DNA from: a virus
Taxonomy: Duplodnaviria > Caudoviricetes
Virus record (IMG/VR): IMGVR_UViG_3300032314_000513
Coordinates: 20,380 to 84,379 of that record
Strand: one strand, 5' to 3'
DNA: 64,000 bases
The notes beneath the pieces are model-generated. The model was not told the origin of the DNA. It did not search any database and was given only the letters and a program-made list of their open reading frames with translations. The position numbers were made by a program, and so were the translations under genes. Below, in pieces: positions 28,331 to 38,459 of the stretch; the first letter of the stretch is position 1; every line of letters starts with the position of its first letter.

Positions 28331-30652
28331 ATGAATAATATAAATCCAAATACCTTATTAGCTGCTAGTGGAAATAATAACCCTACTAATAATAATATTC
28401 GTACTCTAATTCAATTTTTATGGCAAGTACAAGGAGCAACTTCATATTATCCAACACCTATTGGTATAAATGATATAGGATATGGAGCAAGTGATGAAAC
28501 ATTCTTTTTTAATGGAGTAGATTCAGATTTATTAAGTTCTAATTATCAAGAAGATATATTCATAGTAGTAAGGAATTTGACAAGTATAGCTCCTTATGAC
28601 CAAACTTATGATATAAGATACGCTAATAATGCAAATGAATTAATTCAAATTGCAAATTCATATTTATTCGAAGGTCAATCAGCTTATACAAATACAAGTA
28701 CAGCAATTAATGGGATGTTAAATAGTAACATTCTAATTATGCCATATAATTTACCAAATTTTTCAACTAATTTACAAGTTGTTCCTACAGATGGAGATGC
28801 AGGAAATTTAGGTATCGTATGCGGTTTTATTTCAGGATTTACCTCTTGTATATCAAAATATCTTACAACACCTGCATTAGTTAGATGTTTTACATCAGGA
28901 TACACACAAGGTGATAATGTTGGAACTTATATGTCTAACAACACAAACCCAATTGTTTTAAGTTATGCAAATAATTATGCAATTCAAATGGTTGAGGGGG
29001 AAAATTTAGAATTAAATAATACAGGTGATATTCCTAATGGTTCAGAATCTTTTTCTTTTAGTTGTTGGTTTAAAGCAGATAATACATCTACTACACAAGT
29101 TTTGGCATCATGGGGATATATTCAAGTACAAATAACAAACAACAATGTTCAAATACTTGTTAATGGAACTTATCAAGATTTAGGTGGAAGTGTTTTATCT
29201 GCAGATACTTGGTACAATGTATTTTTTACATACGATACAACAAGTTCCTTATTAAGTTATGAGCTATTTAATTTTAGTGGCTCTATTGATTCAGGTAATA
29301 CAACTGTTGCTATAAATAACCCAACTCAAAACTTTTATTTAAGTGATTCTACAAATGTTGACAGTTTTGTAGGTTACATTAAATCTTGCATGTTGTATTC
29401 ATTTACATTATCTCAGAATCAAATAGATAGTGATTATGCTAATATGGTGGCTTTAGTTAATGCTACACCATCAGCTCCAACAACAACTACAACTAGTACT
29501 ACTACAACAACAACTACAATTTGTGCACCATATATTAATAATATTATTATTTCTAATGGTTCTTATACTGCTGCCAATGGAACTTATACAAGAGCTAATC
29601 CTTCAGAAGCTTTTGCTCTAACAGGTGGAGGTGGTTCTATATTCTTTGGTGGTGATGCTTGGTATATTTTTAATACTGCAGTTGGTAATGTTGCAAGAAA
29701 TACCTCTCAGCTAGGTACAGGAACTTGGGAACCTTGGGCTCCGGGAAATTCAACAGGAATTACTGCAGAGTATTCTAGTTATGTTTGTCCAACAACGACA
29801 ACTACGACAACTAGCACCACAACTACTTCTACAACGGAAGTTCCTACAACTACAACTAGCACCACAACTACTTCTACAACGGTAGCTCCTACTACTAGTA
29901 CGACTACGACAACTAGTACAGCATCAGGAGGTCTCGTTACAGATGGATTAATAGTTAATTTAGATGCAAGTAATCCTTCTTCTTATTCAGGCTCAGGTAA
30001 TACATGGACTGACTTAACAGGTAATGGATATAATGCAACAAGACAAGGTTCTGTACCATTTACTTCAGCAGGTCAACAATCTTATTTTGGTTTTAGTGGC
30101 TCAAGTTCTAATTACTTCTTAGGTAATAGTAATTTATATGGATTTAACTCTAATCAAATTAGTGGAACTGTTGGTATAACTGTTTCAATGATATTTAGAC
30201 CATCAAATACTAGTACTAGAAGCACTTTATGGTCAACTTACGCAAGTGATAAAGGAAGTGTTTTTGAAATTGGAACATTAGGTGGATTATGGACAAATAC
30301 ATTAAGACAGTATTTAAGTGATAATGGTCCTATTCGTAGCTCTGATAATAGAGGTGGTGCAAATACAATATCAAATGGAACAACTTACTTAATGACAGTT
30401 ACTTGGAATCAATCAACTTTTACAAGTACTATGTATGTAAATGGTAGTGCAATTGCACAAAGTAATGTTGGTTTTAATAAAAATAATATAACTTCAGCTT
30501 GGGCTAACTCAGCTAACTATAATTTAGGAGGAGACCCAACTCAAACAGGTACTTATGGAAATTTATATACTGCTTATGTATACAATAGACCATTGACAGC
30601 AGGAGAAGTGTTACAAAACTATAACGCATTACAATCAAGATTTGGATTATAA
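28331..30652 (+). CDS. Two-LamG/ConA lectin-like protein with Thr linkers
   Basis: FSFSCWF...WYNVFFTY; LDASNPSSYSGSGNTWTDLTGNG; VLQNYNA. Confidence 0.8.
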   Translation: MNNINPNTLLAASGNNNPTNNNIRTLIQFLWQVQGATSYYPTPIGINDIGYGASDETFFFNGVDSDLLSSNYQEDIFIVVRNLTSIAPYDQTYDIRYANNANELIQIANSYLFEGQSAYTNTSTAINGMLNSNILIMPYNLPNFSTNLQVVPTDGDAGNLGIVCGFISGFTSCISKYLTTPALVRCFTSGYTQGDNVGTYMSNNTNPIVLSYANNYAIQMVEGENLELNNTGDIPNGSESFSFSCWFKADNTSTTQVLASWGYIQVQITNNNVQILVNGTYQDLGGSVLSADTWYNVFFTYDTTSSLLSYELFNFSGSIDSGNTTVAINNPTQNFYLSDSTNVDSFVGYIKSCMLYSFTLSQNQIDSDYANMVALVNATPSAPTTTTTSTTTTTTTICAPYINNIIISNGSYTAANGTYTRANPSEAFALTGGGGSIFFGGDAWYIFNTAVGNVARNTSQLGTGTWEPWAPGNSTGITAEYSSYVCPTTTTTTTSTTTTSTTEVPTTTTSTTTTSTTVAPTTSTTTTTSTASGGLVTDGLIVNLDASNPSSYSGSGNTWTDLTGNGYNATRQGSVPFTSAGQQSYFGFSGSSSNYFLGNSNLYGFNSNQISGTVGITVSMIFRPSNTSTRSTLWSTYASDKGSVFEIGTLGGLWTNTLRQYLSDNGPIRSSDNRGGANTISNGTTYLMTVTWNQSTFTSTMYVNGSAIAQSNVGFNKNNITSAWANSANYNLGGDPTQTGTYGNLYTAYVYNRPLTAGEVLQNYNALQSRFGL

Positions 30653-30678
30653 AAAAAACCATAAAAAACTAAAAAACT

Positions 30679-31476
30679 ATGCCATACGCAGATTTAACAT
30701 TTCAACTTCAGCCTAATCTGAGATTTGTTGCAAATGATTTTGTAACACTAACAGGTGTTAACTATACTACTACAACTAGTACTACAACTACTACAACTAC
30801 ATTGAATGTAATAAGTAGTGGATTGCAATTATATGTTGATGCTAGTAATCCTGCTTCATATTCAGGAACAGGAAGTACATGGTATGATTTAAGTGGAAAT
30901 GGTTATAATGGTACATTAAGTGGTAGTACAGCTTATAATTCTGCAAACGGTGGTTATATTTCCACACAATCTAATACAGGATATATAGATTTTGGTCTTT
31001 CTTCTCAAGGAAGTAGTACTAGTGCTTTTACTTGGGGTGGTTGGTTTAATGTTCCAAGTTTTACAAATATCCCTATGGCAAGAGGCAATGATATGACAGG
31101 AGGTTATCCCAATGGATGGAATCTTGCTACTGTATTCTTGTCAAACGCATTTAATGCTTCAATAATCACTTCTGTACCCGGTATAACTCAAACAAATAGT
31201 TCATACTCTTCAAGTCCAAGTAGTAATACTTGGTATAATCATATATCAGTATGGAATCCGGGAGTAAGTTTAAAAGTATATATAAATGGTGTTTTAAGAG
31301 CTACTGTAAATACTTCAAATACAGTTTTAAGAAATTCAGGTACAGGTTGGAATAGTTCAAATGATGCTACAAAGTATAACGCTAGTTATGGTTCAATGAT
31401 TGTTTATAATATAGCATTGAGTGATGCACAAGTTCTTCAAAACTTTAATTCAACTAAAACAAGATTTGGATATTAA
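30679..31476 (+). CDS. LamG/ConA lectin-like protein with a partial fibre domain at the N-terminus
   Basis: MPYADLTFQLQPNLRFVANDFV, Thr run, VDASNPASYSG... Confidence 0.8.
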   Translation: MPYADLTFQLQPNLRFVANDFVTLTGVNYTTTTSTTTTTTTLNVISSGLQLYVDASNPASYSGTGSTWYDLSGNGYNGTLSGSTAYNSANGGYISTQSNTGYIDFGLSSQGSSTSAFTWGGWFNVPSFTNIPMARGNDMTGGYPNGWNLATVFLSNAFNASIITSVPGITQTNSSYSSSPSSNTWYNHISVWNPGVSLKVYINGVLRATVNTSNTVLRNSGTGWNSSNDATKYNASYGSMIVYNIALSDAQVLQNFNSTKTRFGY

Positions 31477-31488
31477 AAATTAAAAATT

Positions 31489-31725
31489 ATGAAAAAATAT
31501 TTAATATTATTTTTATTATTATTTAGCATTAATTCTTATTCTCAAGTAGATAGCACTAAAAGAGCAGCAGCTAGACAAGAATGGTTATCTAATAAAGATA
31601 ATTGGAGTAATGGTCAATCGATGCCTAATTGGGATTTGGATGGTAATATTATACCAATAGTGGGTATTTTATTAATATCATCCATATTTTTAAAAAGAAA
31701 GAATAAATTAAGGTTTGGACTATAA
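31489..31725 (+). CDS. Small signal-peptide and TM protein
   Basis: MKKYLILFLLLFSINSYSQ signal; C-terminal TM. Confidence 0.65.
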   Translation: MKKYLILFLLLFSINSYSQVDSTKRAAARQEWLSNKDNWSNGQSMPNWDLDGNIIPIVGILLISSIFLKRKNKLRFGL

Positions 31726-31736
31726 AATAATTAACA

Positions 31737-32738
31737 ATGGCTAACGCATCAATATATGGAAGAGTAGTAAGTTATAATACCGTAACAGGCGTTATGGTGG
31801 TAACACCGCTTTCTTATTCAGGAGATGCAGGTTCTTATAGTACTTGGACTGTCTCATTAGATGGTCAAAATGGTACTTCAGGAACTTCAGTTATTTCAGG
31901 AACAAGTGGAACAAATGGAAGTTCAGGTACTTCAGGCACTAGTGGTACATCAGCTTCTTCAGGTTCTTCAGGAACAAGTGGAAGTGCAGGTACTTCAGCT
32001 TTATCTAATTCATCAGGTACATCAGGTACAAGTGGTTCTGCAGGTACAAGTGCTGTACAAGGCGGTCAAGGTCCTACAGGTGCAACAGGTCCTCAAGGCC
32101 CTCAAGGATTAGGTGGTTCTTCAGGAACTTCAGGCTCTTCAGGTGCTACAGGTCCTCAAGGACCAATAGGAGCTCAAGGTCCTCAAGGATTTACAGGTAA
32201 TCCGGGTCCGACAGGTCCTACAGGTGCAACAGGACCACAAGGCCCAACAGGTACTTCTGCAAGTTATAATCAAGATAATAATGCAGGAGCATCAGTTACA
32301 TTTACTTATCCTACTACTACAGGTACTTTTTATGCAGGAAGTAGATTTTATATGCCCGGTGACGCTTATTTAGGAATAGCAGGAAGTTATGGTCCTGTTT
32401 GGTTTGGATTTAACTTTGGTTGGGCTAGTAATGCAGGATTAGGAGGGGCATACTTTTTTAACTCATCTTCAAGAGAATCTAAAAAAGAAATTAAGCCATA
32501 TACTGATTCTGCAACTGAAATAATTAATAGCACAGAAATAGTTACTTTTGATATGGAAAGTGGAGAACATACTCATATAGAACATATTGGTTTTATTGCA
32601 GAAGATACTCCGCAAGAATTATCAACTCCTGACCATAATGTAATGGATATTACAAACACAGTTGGAGTTGTTTTAAAAGCAATTCAAGAAATTGATGATA
32701 GAATAACAGCATTACAAAATAAAAATAACAATGGCTAA
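31737..32738 (+). CDS. Collagen-like fibre tip with peptidase S74 chaperone
   Basis: GPT/GPQ; [21 protein letters not shown]. Confidence 0.85.
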   Translation: MANASIYGRVVSYNTVTGVMVVTPLSYSGDAGSYSTWTVSLDGQNGTSGTSVISGTSGTNGSSGTSGTSGTSASSGSSGTSGSAGTSALSNSSGTSGTSGSAGTSAVQGGQGPTGATGPQGPQGLGGSSGTSGSSGATGPQGPIGAQGPQGFTGNPGPTGPTGATGPQGPTGTSASYNQDNNAGASVTFTYPTTTGTFYAGSRFYMPGDAYLGIAGSYGPVWFGFNFGWASNAGLGGAYFFNSSSRESKKEIKPYTDSATEIINSTEIVTFDMESGEHTHIEHIGFIAEDTPQELSTPDHNVMDITNTVGVVLKAIQEIDDRITALQNKNNNG

Positions 32739-33795
32739 CGCAACTTTTAATTGCTCACCTAATTTAAGCTATGTAGCAGGAGATTTCGTACAGCTAAGTT
32801 ACGATGCGAATAACTATGTTATTGGTACGGTAGTGTCATATAATGATATAACAGGTGTTATGGTAATTACTCCTGTACAATCTATTGGAAGTGGAACTTA
32901 TTCTATATGGAATGTTGCTTTGACAGGTAATGCAGGTACAGCAGGAACTAATGGTACAGCAGGAACAGCAGGTTCAAGTGGAACTTCAGCTTCATCAGGT
33001 ACTGCAGGTACTGCAGGTAGTTCAGGTACAAGTGGTTCGGCAGGTACAAGTGCATTTTCAGGTACAAGTGGTACATCAGGTACTAGTGGTTCGGCAGGAA
33101 CGAGTGCATCCTCAGGAACTTCAGGAGCTATTGGACCAACAGGTGCTCAAGGTCCTCAAGGACCAATAGGTGCAACAGGAACTTCAGGTTCATCAGGAGT
33201 TTCAGGAGTTAATGGTCCAACAGGACTAACAGGTGCAACAGGTCCTACAGGTGCAACAGGTCCGCAAGGTCCTGCTACTCCCGGTCCAACAGGACCAACA
33301 GGTTCTCCCGGAGGTCAAGGTCCACAAACAGTTTATAATCAAGCATTAACAACTAGTTCAAATGTTACTTATGGTGATATGGCTAGTAATAGCCCATTAG
33401 CAGGTGGTAACTTTTTAGTACCTAATGGAGGTAAAGTTTCTAATAGTGCTAATCAAGGTGTAAGTTGGTATGGTAATAGTGGTACTTGGTTTTCTTATGG
33501 CTCTATAGGTTCTGCATATTTCTTTGGAACTTCTACAAGAGAAGTAAAAAAGAATATTCAACCTTTTACTAAATCAGGTATAGACCTTATCAAACAAACA
33601 GAAATTGTATCTTATAAGTACGAAAATGAAACAGTTTATACTGATTTAACAAAAATAGGATTCATTGCAGAAGAAACACCTGAAGAAATGTCTTCAAAAG
33701 ACCACGACCAAATGGTAATAAATTCTACAATATGTGTAGCTATGAAAGCAATTCAAGAGTTAGATGAAAAAATTAAAAACTTACAAAATAAATAG
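32731..33795 (+). CDS. Collagen-like fibre tip with S74 chaperone
   Basis: [21 protein letters not shown]. Confidence 0.85.
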   Translation: MANATFNCSPNLSYVAGDFVQLSYDANNYVIGTVVSYNDITGVMVITPVQSIGSGTYSIWNVALTGNAGTAGTNGTAGTAGSSGTSASSGTAGTAGSSGTSGSAGTSAFSGTSGTSGTSGSAGTSASSGTSGAIGPTGAQGPQGPIGATGTSGSSGVSGVNGPTGLTGATGPTGATGPQGPATPGPTGPTGSPGGQGPQTVYNQALTTSSNVTYGDMASNSPLAGGNFLVPNGGKVSNSANQGVSWYGNSGTWFSYGSIGSAYFFGTSTREVKKNIQPFTKSGIDLIKQTEIVSYKYENETVYTDLTKIGFIAEETPEEMSSKDHDQMVINSTICVAMKAIQELDEKIKNLQNK

Positions 33796-33797
33796 AT

Positions 33798-34160
33798 ATG
33801 ACAATTAATGATATTAAATATACATGGGAAATAACTCATTTACATGTAGCACCATCAAAAAACAATCAAAATAATGTAGTTACAAAAATTGCCTTTACTT
33901 TACATGGTGAATATACCAATGAAGTAGGTCAATTTTTTAGTGAATTTTGGACAGGAGCAACATTAATAGAATTTGATGAAAATTCTTCATTTACAAATGT
34001 TGACCAAATAACTCATGAAATGGCTGTAAAATGGGTAGAAGATTCTGAAAACAAAAAACAAAGAAATGTAAATTGGATTAAAAATAAAGTATTAACAAGA
34101 CTTCAAGAAAAAATTAATCCAAGTGTAGTAGTAATTACTCCTCCTTTTGCACAAAAATAA
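33798..34160 (+). CDS. Fibre-associated protein
   Basis: YTWEI...NNVV pattern, seen in genes next to phage fibres; family recalled. Confidence 0.55.
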   Translation: MTINDIKYTWEITHLHVAPSKNNQNNVVTKIAFTLHGEYTNEVGQFFSEFWTGATLIEFDENSSFTNVDQITHEMAVKWVEDSENKKQRNVNWIKNKVLTRLQEKINPSVVVITPPFAQK

Positions 34161-34170
34161 TTAAGAAACA

Positions 34171-35244
34171 ATGCCTTATTCTAATTTGACATTTACTGTA
34201 AATACAAATCTTTCATTTGTAGCAAATGATTTTGTACAGCTTAGTGCAAATTCTACCAATTATATTATTGGAAGAGTAGTGTCATATAATCCTAGCACAG
34301 GTGCATTAATTATAACTCCTTTAGAATCAGTTGGTTCAGGCTCTTATAGTTCATGGACTGTTGCATTAACAGGATTTTATGGAACTTCAGGAACATCAGG
34401 TACGGCAGGTACTATGGGCTCTTCTGCTACAAGTGGATTATCAAGTTCATCAACTGCTGCAGGTTCTTCAGGTACATCTGCATCAAGTGGTAGTTCAGGC
34501 ATTGCAGGTTCAAATGGTACATCAGGTGCATCTGCTTCTTCAGGTTCTTCAGGTTTAGCAGGAGCTAATGGTGCAACAGGACCACAAGGTCCAATAGGCC
34601 CAACAGGTGCTCAAGGACCTCAAGGAGCTAGAGGTACATCAGGTTCTAGTGGTGTTAATGGAGGAACAGGTCCGCAAGGTCCTCAAGGAGCTAGAGGTCC
34701 GCAAGGCCCAACAGGAGCTAGTCCACAAGGTCCAACAGGTCCAACAGGTCCGCAAGGTCCTTCAAATACAAATGGTCAATCATTAAACTATGGTGATTCT
34801 CCAACATTTGCTAGTATAACTGCAAATGGACAAGTTTATTCTGCATCAAATATTAGAAATAATGGTGGTGTAAGAGGTATGTATGTAAATGGATATGGCA
34901 TATATTTTTACAATAATACTTCAAGTCAATGGTATAGTAATGGTGGAATTGGTGCAGGTGGTGGTAATTTTTTCCCTGCATCTACTAGAGAAGTTAAAAA
35001 GAATATTGAGCCTTTTACTAAATCAGGTTTAGATATAATAAACAGTACAGATATTGTTTCTTTTGAGTTTGAGATTACAGGACTTGAAGGACAAACACAC
35101 ATAGGATTTATTGCAGAAGATACCCCTGAAGAATTAGCTACTAGTACTCATGACCAAATGGTTGTACCTTCTAATTTAGGTGTTGTTATGAAAGCTTTAC
35201 AAGAATTAGATGAAAAATTAAAAATATTAGAGAATAATACTTAA
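34171..35244 (+). CDS. Collagen-like fibre tip with S74 chaperone
   Basis: [21 protein letters not shown]. Confidence 0.85.
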   Translation: MPYSNLTFTVNTNLSFVANDFVQLSANSTNYIIGRVVSYNPSTGALIITPLESVGSGSYSSWTVALTGFYGTSGTSGTAGTMGSSATSGLSSSSTAAGSSGTSASSGSSGIAGSNGTSGASASSGSSGLAGANGATGPQGPIGPTGAQGPQGARGTSGSSGVNGGTGPQGPQGARGPQGPTGASPQGPTGPTGPQGPSNTNGQSLNYGDSPTFASITANGQVYSASNIRNNGGVRGMYVNGYGIYFYNNTSSQWYSNGGIGAGGGNFFPASTREVKKNIEPFTKSGLDIINSTDIVSFEFEITGLEGQTHIGFIAEDTPEELATSTHDQMVVPSNLGVVMKALQELDEKLKILENNT

Positions 35245-35247
35245 ATT

Positions 35248-35257
35248 TATATTTACA
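35248..35257 (+). promoter_or_regulatory. Putative -7 promoter box TATATTTACA
   Basis: Intergenic, upstream of ATG 35274. Confidence 0.6.
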
Positions 35258-35273
35258 AAAAATAACCACAAAA

Positions 35274-35885
35274 ATGAACACATCAAAATTAAATACATCT
35301 ATAGTTTTCCCTAAGGAAACAGTTGATTCTCAAAATTATTATTTTTTTAACCCCGGTTTTTCATCAGAAGAATTAGATATAATTTATAAAGGGGTATCTT
35401 TACTTCCATTCAAACCTGCAATTATTGGCAATTATGAAGAAAATCCTGAAATTAGGACTTCTTCTATAAAGTGGGTTCCACCAACAGATGAGTGGAGATG
35501 GCTTTATGAGAAAATGATGCACCAAATAGTTGAAGCAAATAATGCTATTTGGCATTTTGATTTAGATTATTTAATAGACAATATACAATACACAGAATAT
35601 TATGCAGAAAATGGCGGTCATTATACTTGGCATCAAGATGTTGGTCCGGGTGAAATGTCCAAAAGAAAAGTTAGTATAACTGTACAATTATCAGACCCTA
35701 GTGAATATGAGGGAGGTGATTTAGAATATTTTCAAGGCGGAAACCCTGATGAAGCTGTAAAAGCACCAAAAGGCAAAGGGGTTGTATTTATATTCCCTTC
35801 TTACATGATGCACAGAGTTACAAAAGTAACTAAAGGAGTTAGGCGTTCTTTTGTATTATGGGTAGGTGGTGAGCATTATAAATAA
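35274..35885 (+). CDS. Prolyl-4-hydroxylase/PKHD-like 2OG-Fe(II) oxygenase
   Basis: YTWHQD, RKVS, YEGGDL, FPSYMMHRVT, R.S.V.W. Confidence 0.88.
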   Translation: MNTSKLNTSIVFPKETVDSQNYYFFNPGFSSEELDIIYKGVSLLPFKPAIIGNYEENPEIRTSSIKWVPPTDEWRWLYEKMMHQIVEANNAIWHFDLDYLIDNIQYTEYYAENGGHYTWHQDVGPGEMSKRKVSITVQLSDPSEYEGGDLEYFQGGNPDEAVKAPKGKGVVFIFPSYMMHRVTKVTKGVRRSFVLWVGGEHYK

Positions 35886-35890
35886 TTTAT

Positions 35891-36376
35891 ATGCAATCTA
35901 TTATATTTAAGGCTAATATAGATAGACCTTTTACAAAAGACGAAAGGCAAAGTTTTGTTAAATATTTAAGAAATGTAGCTAATATTGAAGCTCATGTCAA
36001 AAATGCAAAAACAAAAAATATGTCTGTTTTATCAGAACCTGATTTAATAGATATAAAAGCATTTTGTTTAAATTCAATATATAAATACAGCAATAATACT
36101 GATATTTCTATTACAGAATCATGGTTGAATTTTTCTATGCCCGGTGAGTCTCTTCATTCTATTAATTATCCAAATAGTTTTATTAGTGGTATATTCTATG
36201 TAAATGCTCGTATATCATTGCATAATATTATATTTTCAGAAATTGGAGAAACAATTAGTGCAGGTAGAGGTGATTTATTACTATTTCCATCAAATTTATT
36301 ACATCATGAGCCTAAAAATACAGGTAATGATTTAAAGATAAGTCTAGCTTTCAATACAACAAAACCAATAAAATGA
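35891..36376 (+). CDS. 2OG-Fe(II) oxygenase-like protein with degenerate metal site
   Basis: GESLHSINYPNSFISG lacks the HxH of its paralogues; LLFPSNLLH. Confidence 0.7.
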   Translation: MQSIIFKANIDRPFTKDERQSFVKYLRNVANIEAHVKNAKTKNMSVLSEPDLIDIKAFCLNSIYKYSNNTDISITESWLNFSMPGESLHSINYPNSFISGIFYVNARISLHNIIFSEIGETISAGRGDLLLFPSNLLHHEPKNTGNDLKISLAFNTTKPIK

Positions 36377-37188
36377 TTCAGCAAATATTCTATAATAGCA
36401 GTTTACCTAGGTCAGGAAGCACATTATTACAAAATGTATTTAATCAAAACCCTGATATGTATGCTACACCAACAAGTGGAGTTATAGAGTTTTTAGAAGC
36501 TGCAAGAGTTATTTATGTACAAGCTGAATTTAAAGCTCAAGAGGTAAATACAATGGAAAAGGCTGTATTATCATTTTGTAGAGAAGGAATGAAAGGTTAT
36601 GCTAATTCTATAACTAATAAACCATATTTTATAGATAAAAGTTTTTATTGGGGTATGAATTATGATTATTTAAAATCAATTTTTGGATATGAACCTAAGA
36701 TAATCATTATGATAAGAGATGTTAGAGACATATTTGCATCATTTGAATCTAATTTTAGAAAGAACCCATTAGTAATTAATCCTTTAGTAAGTTGGCCTGA
36801 TTTGAAGAATACAACTATGGAAAAAAGAATAATTGATTGGACAAAAACTAAACCACTTGGTGTTGTATTTGATGGCTTAAAAGACATAATTAACTACAGA
36901 AATAGCTCTAAAATATTATTCATTAAATATGAAGATTTTTGCCAAAACCCTAAAGAAGAAATGGCTAAAGTTTATAACTATTTAGAATTGCCATATTTTA
37001 ATCATAATTTTAATAATGTAGAACAAACTACTAAAGAGAATGATGTATTCTATTTTGCAAGTCATGATATTAGAAATATAGTAGAGAAGAAAGAATCAAA
37101 AGCAGAACAAATTATAGGTAAACCTGCATGTAATTGGTTATATAAAAACTATGATTGGTTCTTCCAATACTTTAAATATGATAAATAA
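36373..37188 (+). CDS. PAPS-dependent sulfotransferase
   Basis: LPRSGSTLL (5'-PSB), IRDVRDIFAS (3'-PB). Confidence 0.88.
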   Translation: MIQQIFYNSSLPRSGSTLLQNVFNQNPDMYATPTSGVIEFLEAARVIYVQAEFKAQEVNTMEKAVLSFCREGMKGYANSITNKPYFIDKSFYWGMNYDYLKSIFGYEPKIIIMIRDVRDIFASFESNFRKNPLVINPLVSWPDLKNTTMEKRIIDWTKTKPLGVVFDGLKDIINYRNSSKILFIKYEDFCQNPKEEMAKVYNYLELPYFNHNFNNVEQTTKENDVFYFASHDIRNIVEKKESKAEQIIGKPACNWLYKNYDWFFQYFKYDK

Positions 37189-37818
37189 TTATACAATATT
37201 ATTTATTTCTAAGTAATTAACTCCGTCATTTTCCATTCCAATTTTACCTTCATAAAAAGAATTAAAAGCTAAACTTATTCTAGTTTGTGTACTAGTAGTT
37301 TCAGGAACGCCATGAAAAACATGAGAAGGGAATAATACCATAGCTCCTGTTCTTATTGGTAAATGATATAAATGTGAATTATAACCATTATGATTTTGAA
37401 CATCAAATTGCCAATGTGATATCTCTTTTGTATTAGTAAATACTATTTCATCATTATTAATATCTGCTTGTATGTATATAACACCACTAACAATACTATT
37501 AGGATGAAAGTGTTGGTGATGGTTTTCACCCGGTTCTGTAATATTTGTCCATGATTGAGTTAACTTTAATCTAACTTCATTTGGTCTTGCAGGGGAATTA
37601 ATTTCCATAAACCATTGGTCTAAACCTTCTTGTGCAAACTTTTTAAGATTTGCCATAGCAGGGTCTTCTAAAACTCTATGATTATATGAACCTTCGTTTC
37701 CTACGCTGAATCCTAATTCTTGTCCTTTAATACAATCTATCTCTTCTTTTGTAAACTCTCTACCAATATCAAATGTCATTAATGGAGTAGCAAATATTCT
37801 TAGTGTGTCTAATTTCAT
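37189..37818 (-). CDS. 2OG-Fe(II) oxygenase (TIGR02466-like)
   Basis: HHQHFHPNSIVSGV, LFPSHVFHGV, RISLAFN. Confidence 0.85.
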   Translation of the reverse strand: MKLDTLRIFATPLMTFDIGREFTKEEIDCIKGQELGFSVGNEGSYNHRVLEDPAMANLKKFAQEGLDQWFMEINSPARPNEVRLKLTQSWTNITEPGENHHQHFHPNSIVSGVIYIQADINNDEIVFTNTKEISHWQFDVQNHNGYNSHLYHLPIRTGAMVLFPSHVFHGVPETTSTQTRISLAFNSFYEGKIGMENDGVNYLEINNIV

Positions 37819-38459
37819 TATTTTATATTTAATTGATTAATTCCTTTTAATGGTCCGTCAATATATCCTACAGTTCCTGTTATGAAAGAGCTAAAAGCTA
37901 AACTAATTCTAACATAATTATAATTATTTACAGGTGTGCTATGGTATAAATTAGCAGGGAATATTATTATATCTCCTGTATTAACGCTATTATGAAAATG
38001 ACTAGCATTAAACGCAGTTGATTCTTTTGATTGTATCTGCCAATTAAATTCTGTTTCAGTTTTAGTAAAAATAATACTATCCTTATCTCTATAAGCATTA
38101 ATGTAAAGTACACCACTTAAAAATGAATTATAGTGTTTATGCTTTTCGTGAAATTTTCCCTGAGTTGTAAAATTTAACCAAGATTGTGTAATTCTTAATT
38201 TTACATCATTCGGGTTTATAGGGTCATATATTTTATAAAAGTATTGATTTAATGCTTCTTCACAAAAATATTTTATATCAGACAACCTTTCATCATCAAA
38301 AACATTATTATCATTTGAAACTATAGATTCTGTTTTTGTATTTAATTTATCATAATGTTCCAATACGCAAGTCATCTCATCTTTTGTAAAATCTCTGTTT
38401 ATTTTATTACTCATTATTACAGTTGGAAATAATGGTGTAATCTTACCTTCTTCTATCAT
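37818..38459 (-). CDS. 2OG-Fe(II) oxygenase (TIGR02466-like)
   Basis: HEKHKHYNSFLSGV, IFPANLYH, RISLAF. Confidence 0.85.
   Translation of the reverse strand: MIEEGKITPLFPTVIMSNKINRDFTKDEMTCVLEHYDKLNTKTESIVSNDNNVFDDERLSDIKYFCEEALNQYFYKIYDPINPNDVKLRITQSWLNFTTQGKFHEKHKHYNSFLSGVLYINAYRDKDSIIFTKTETEFNWQIQSKESTAFNASHFHNSVNTGDIIIFPANLYHSTPVNNYNYVRISLAFSSFITGTVGYIDGPLKGINQLNIK

Noticed and set aside
28331-35244. Diversity-generating retroelement or invertible fibre cassette
   Set aside because: No reverse transcriptase, no adenine-specific TR/VR pair, no invertase and no inverted crossover sites were seen.
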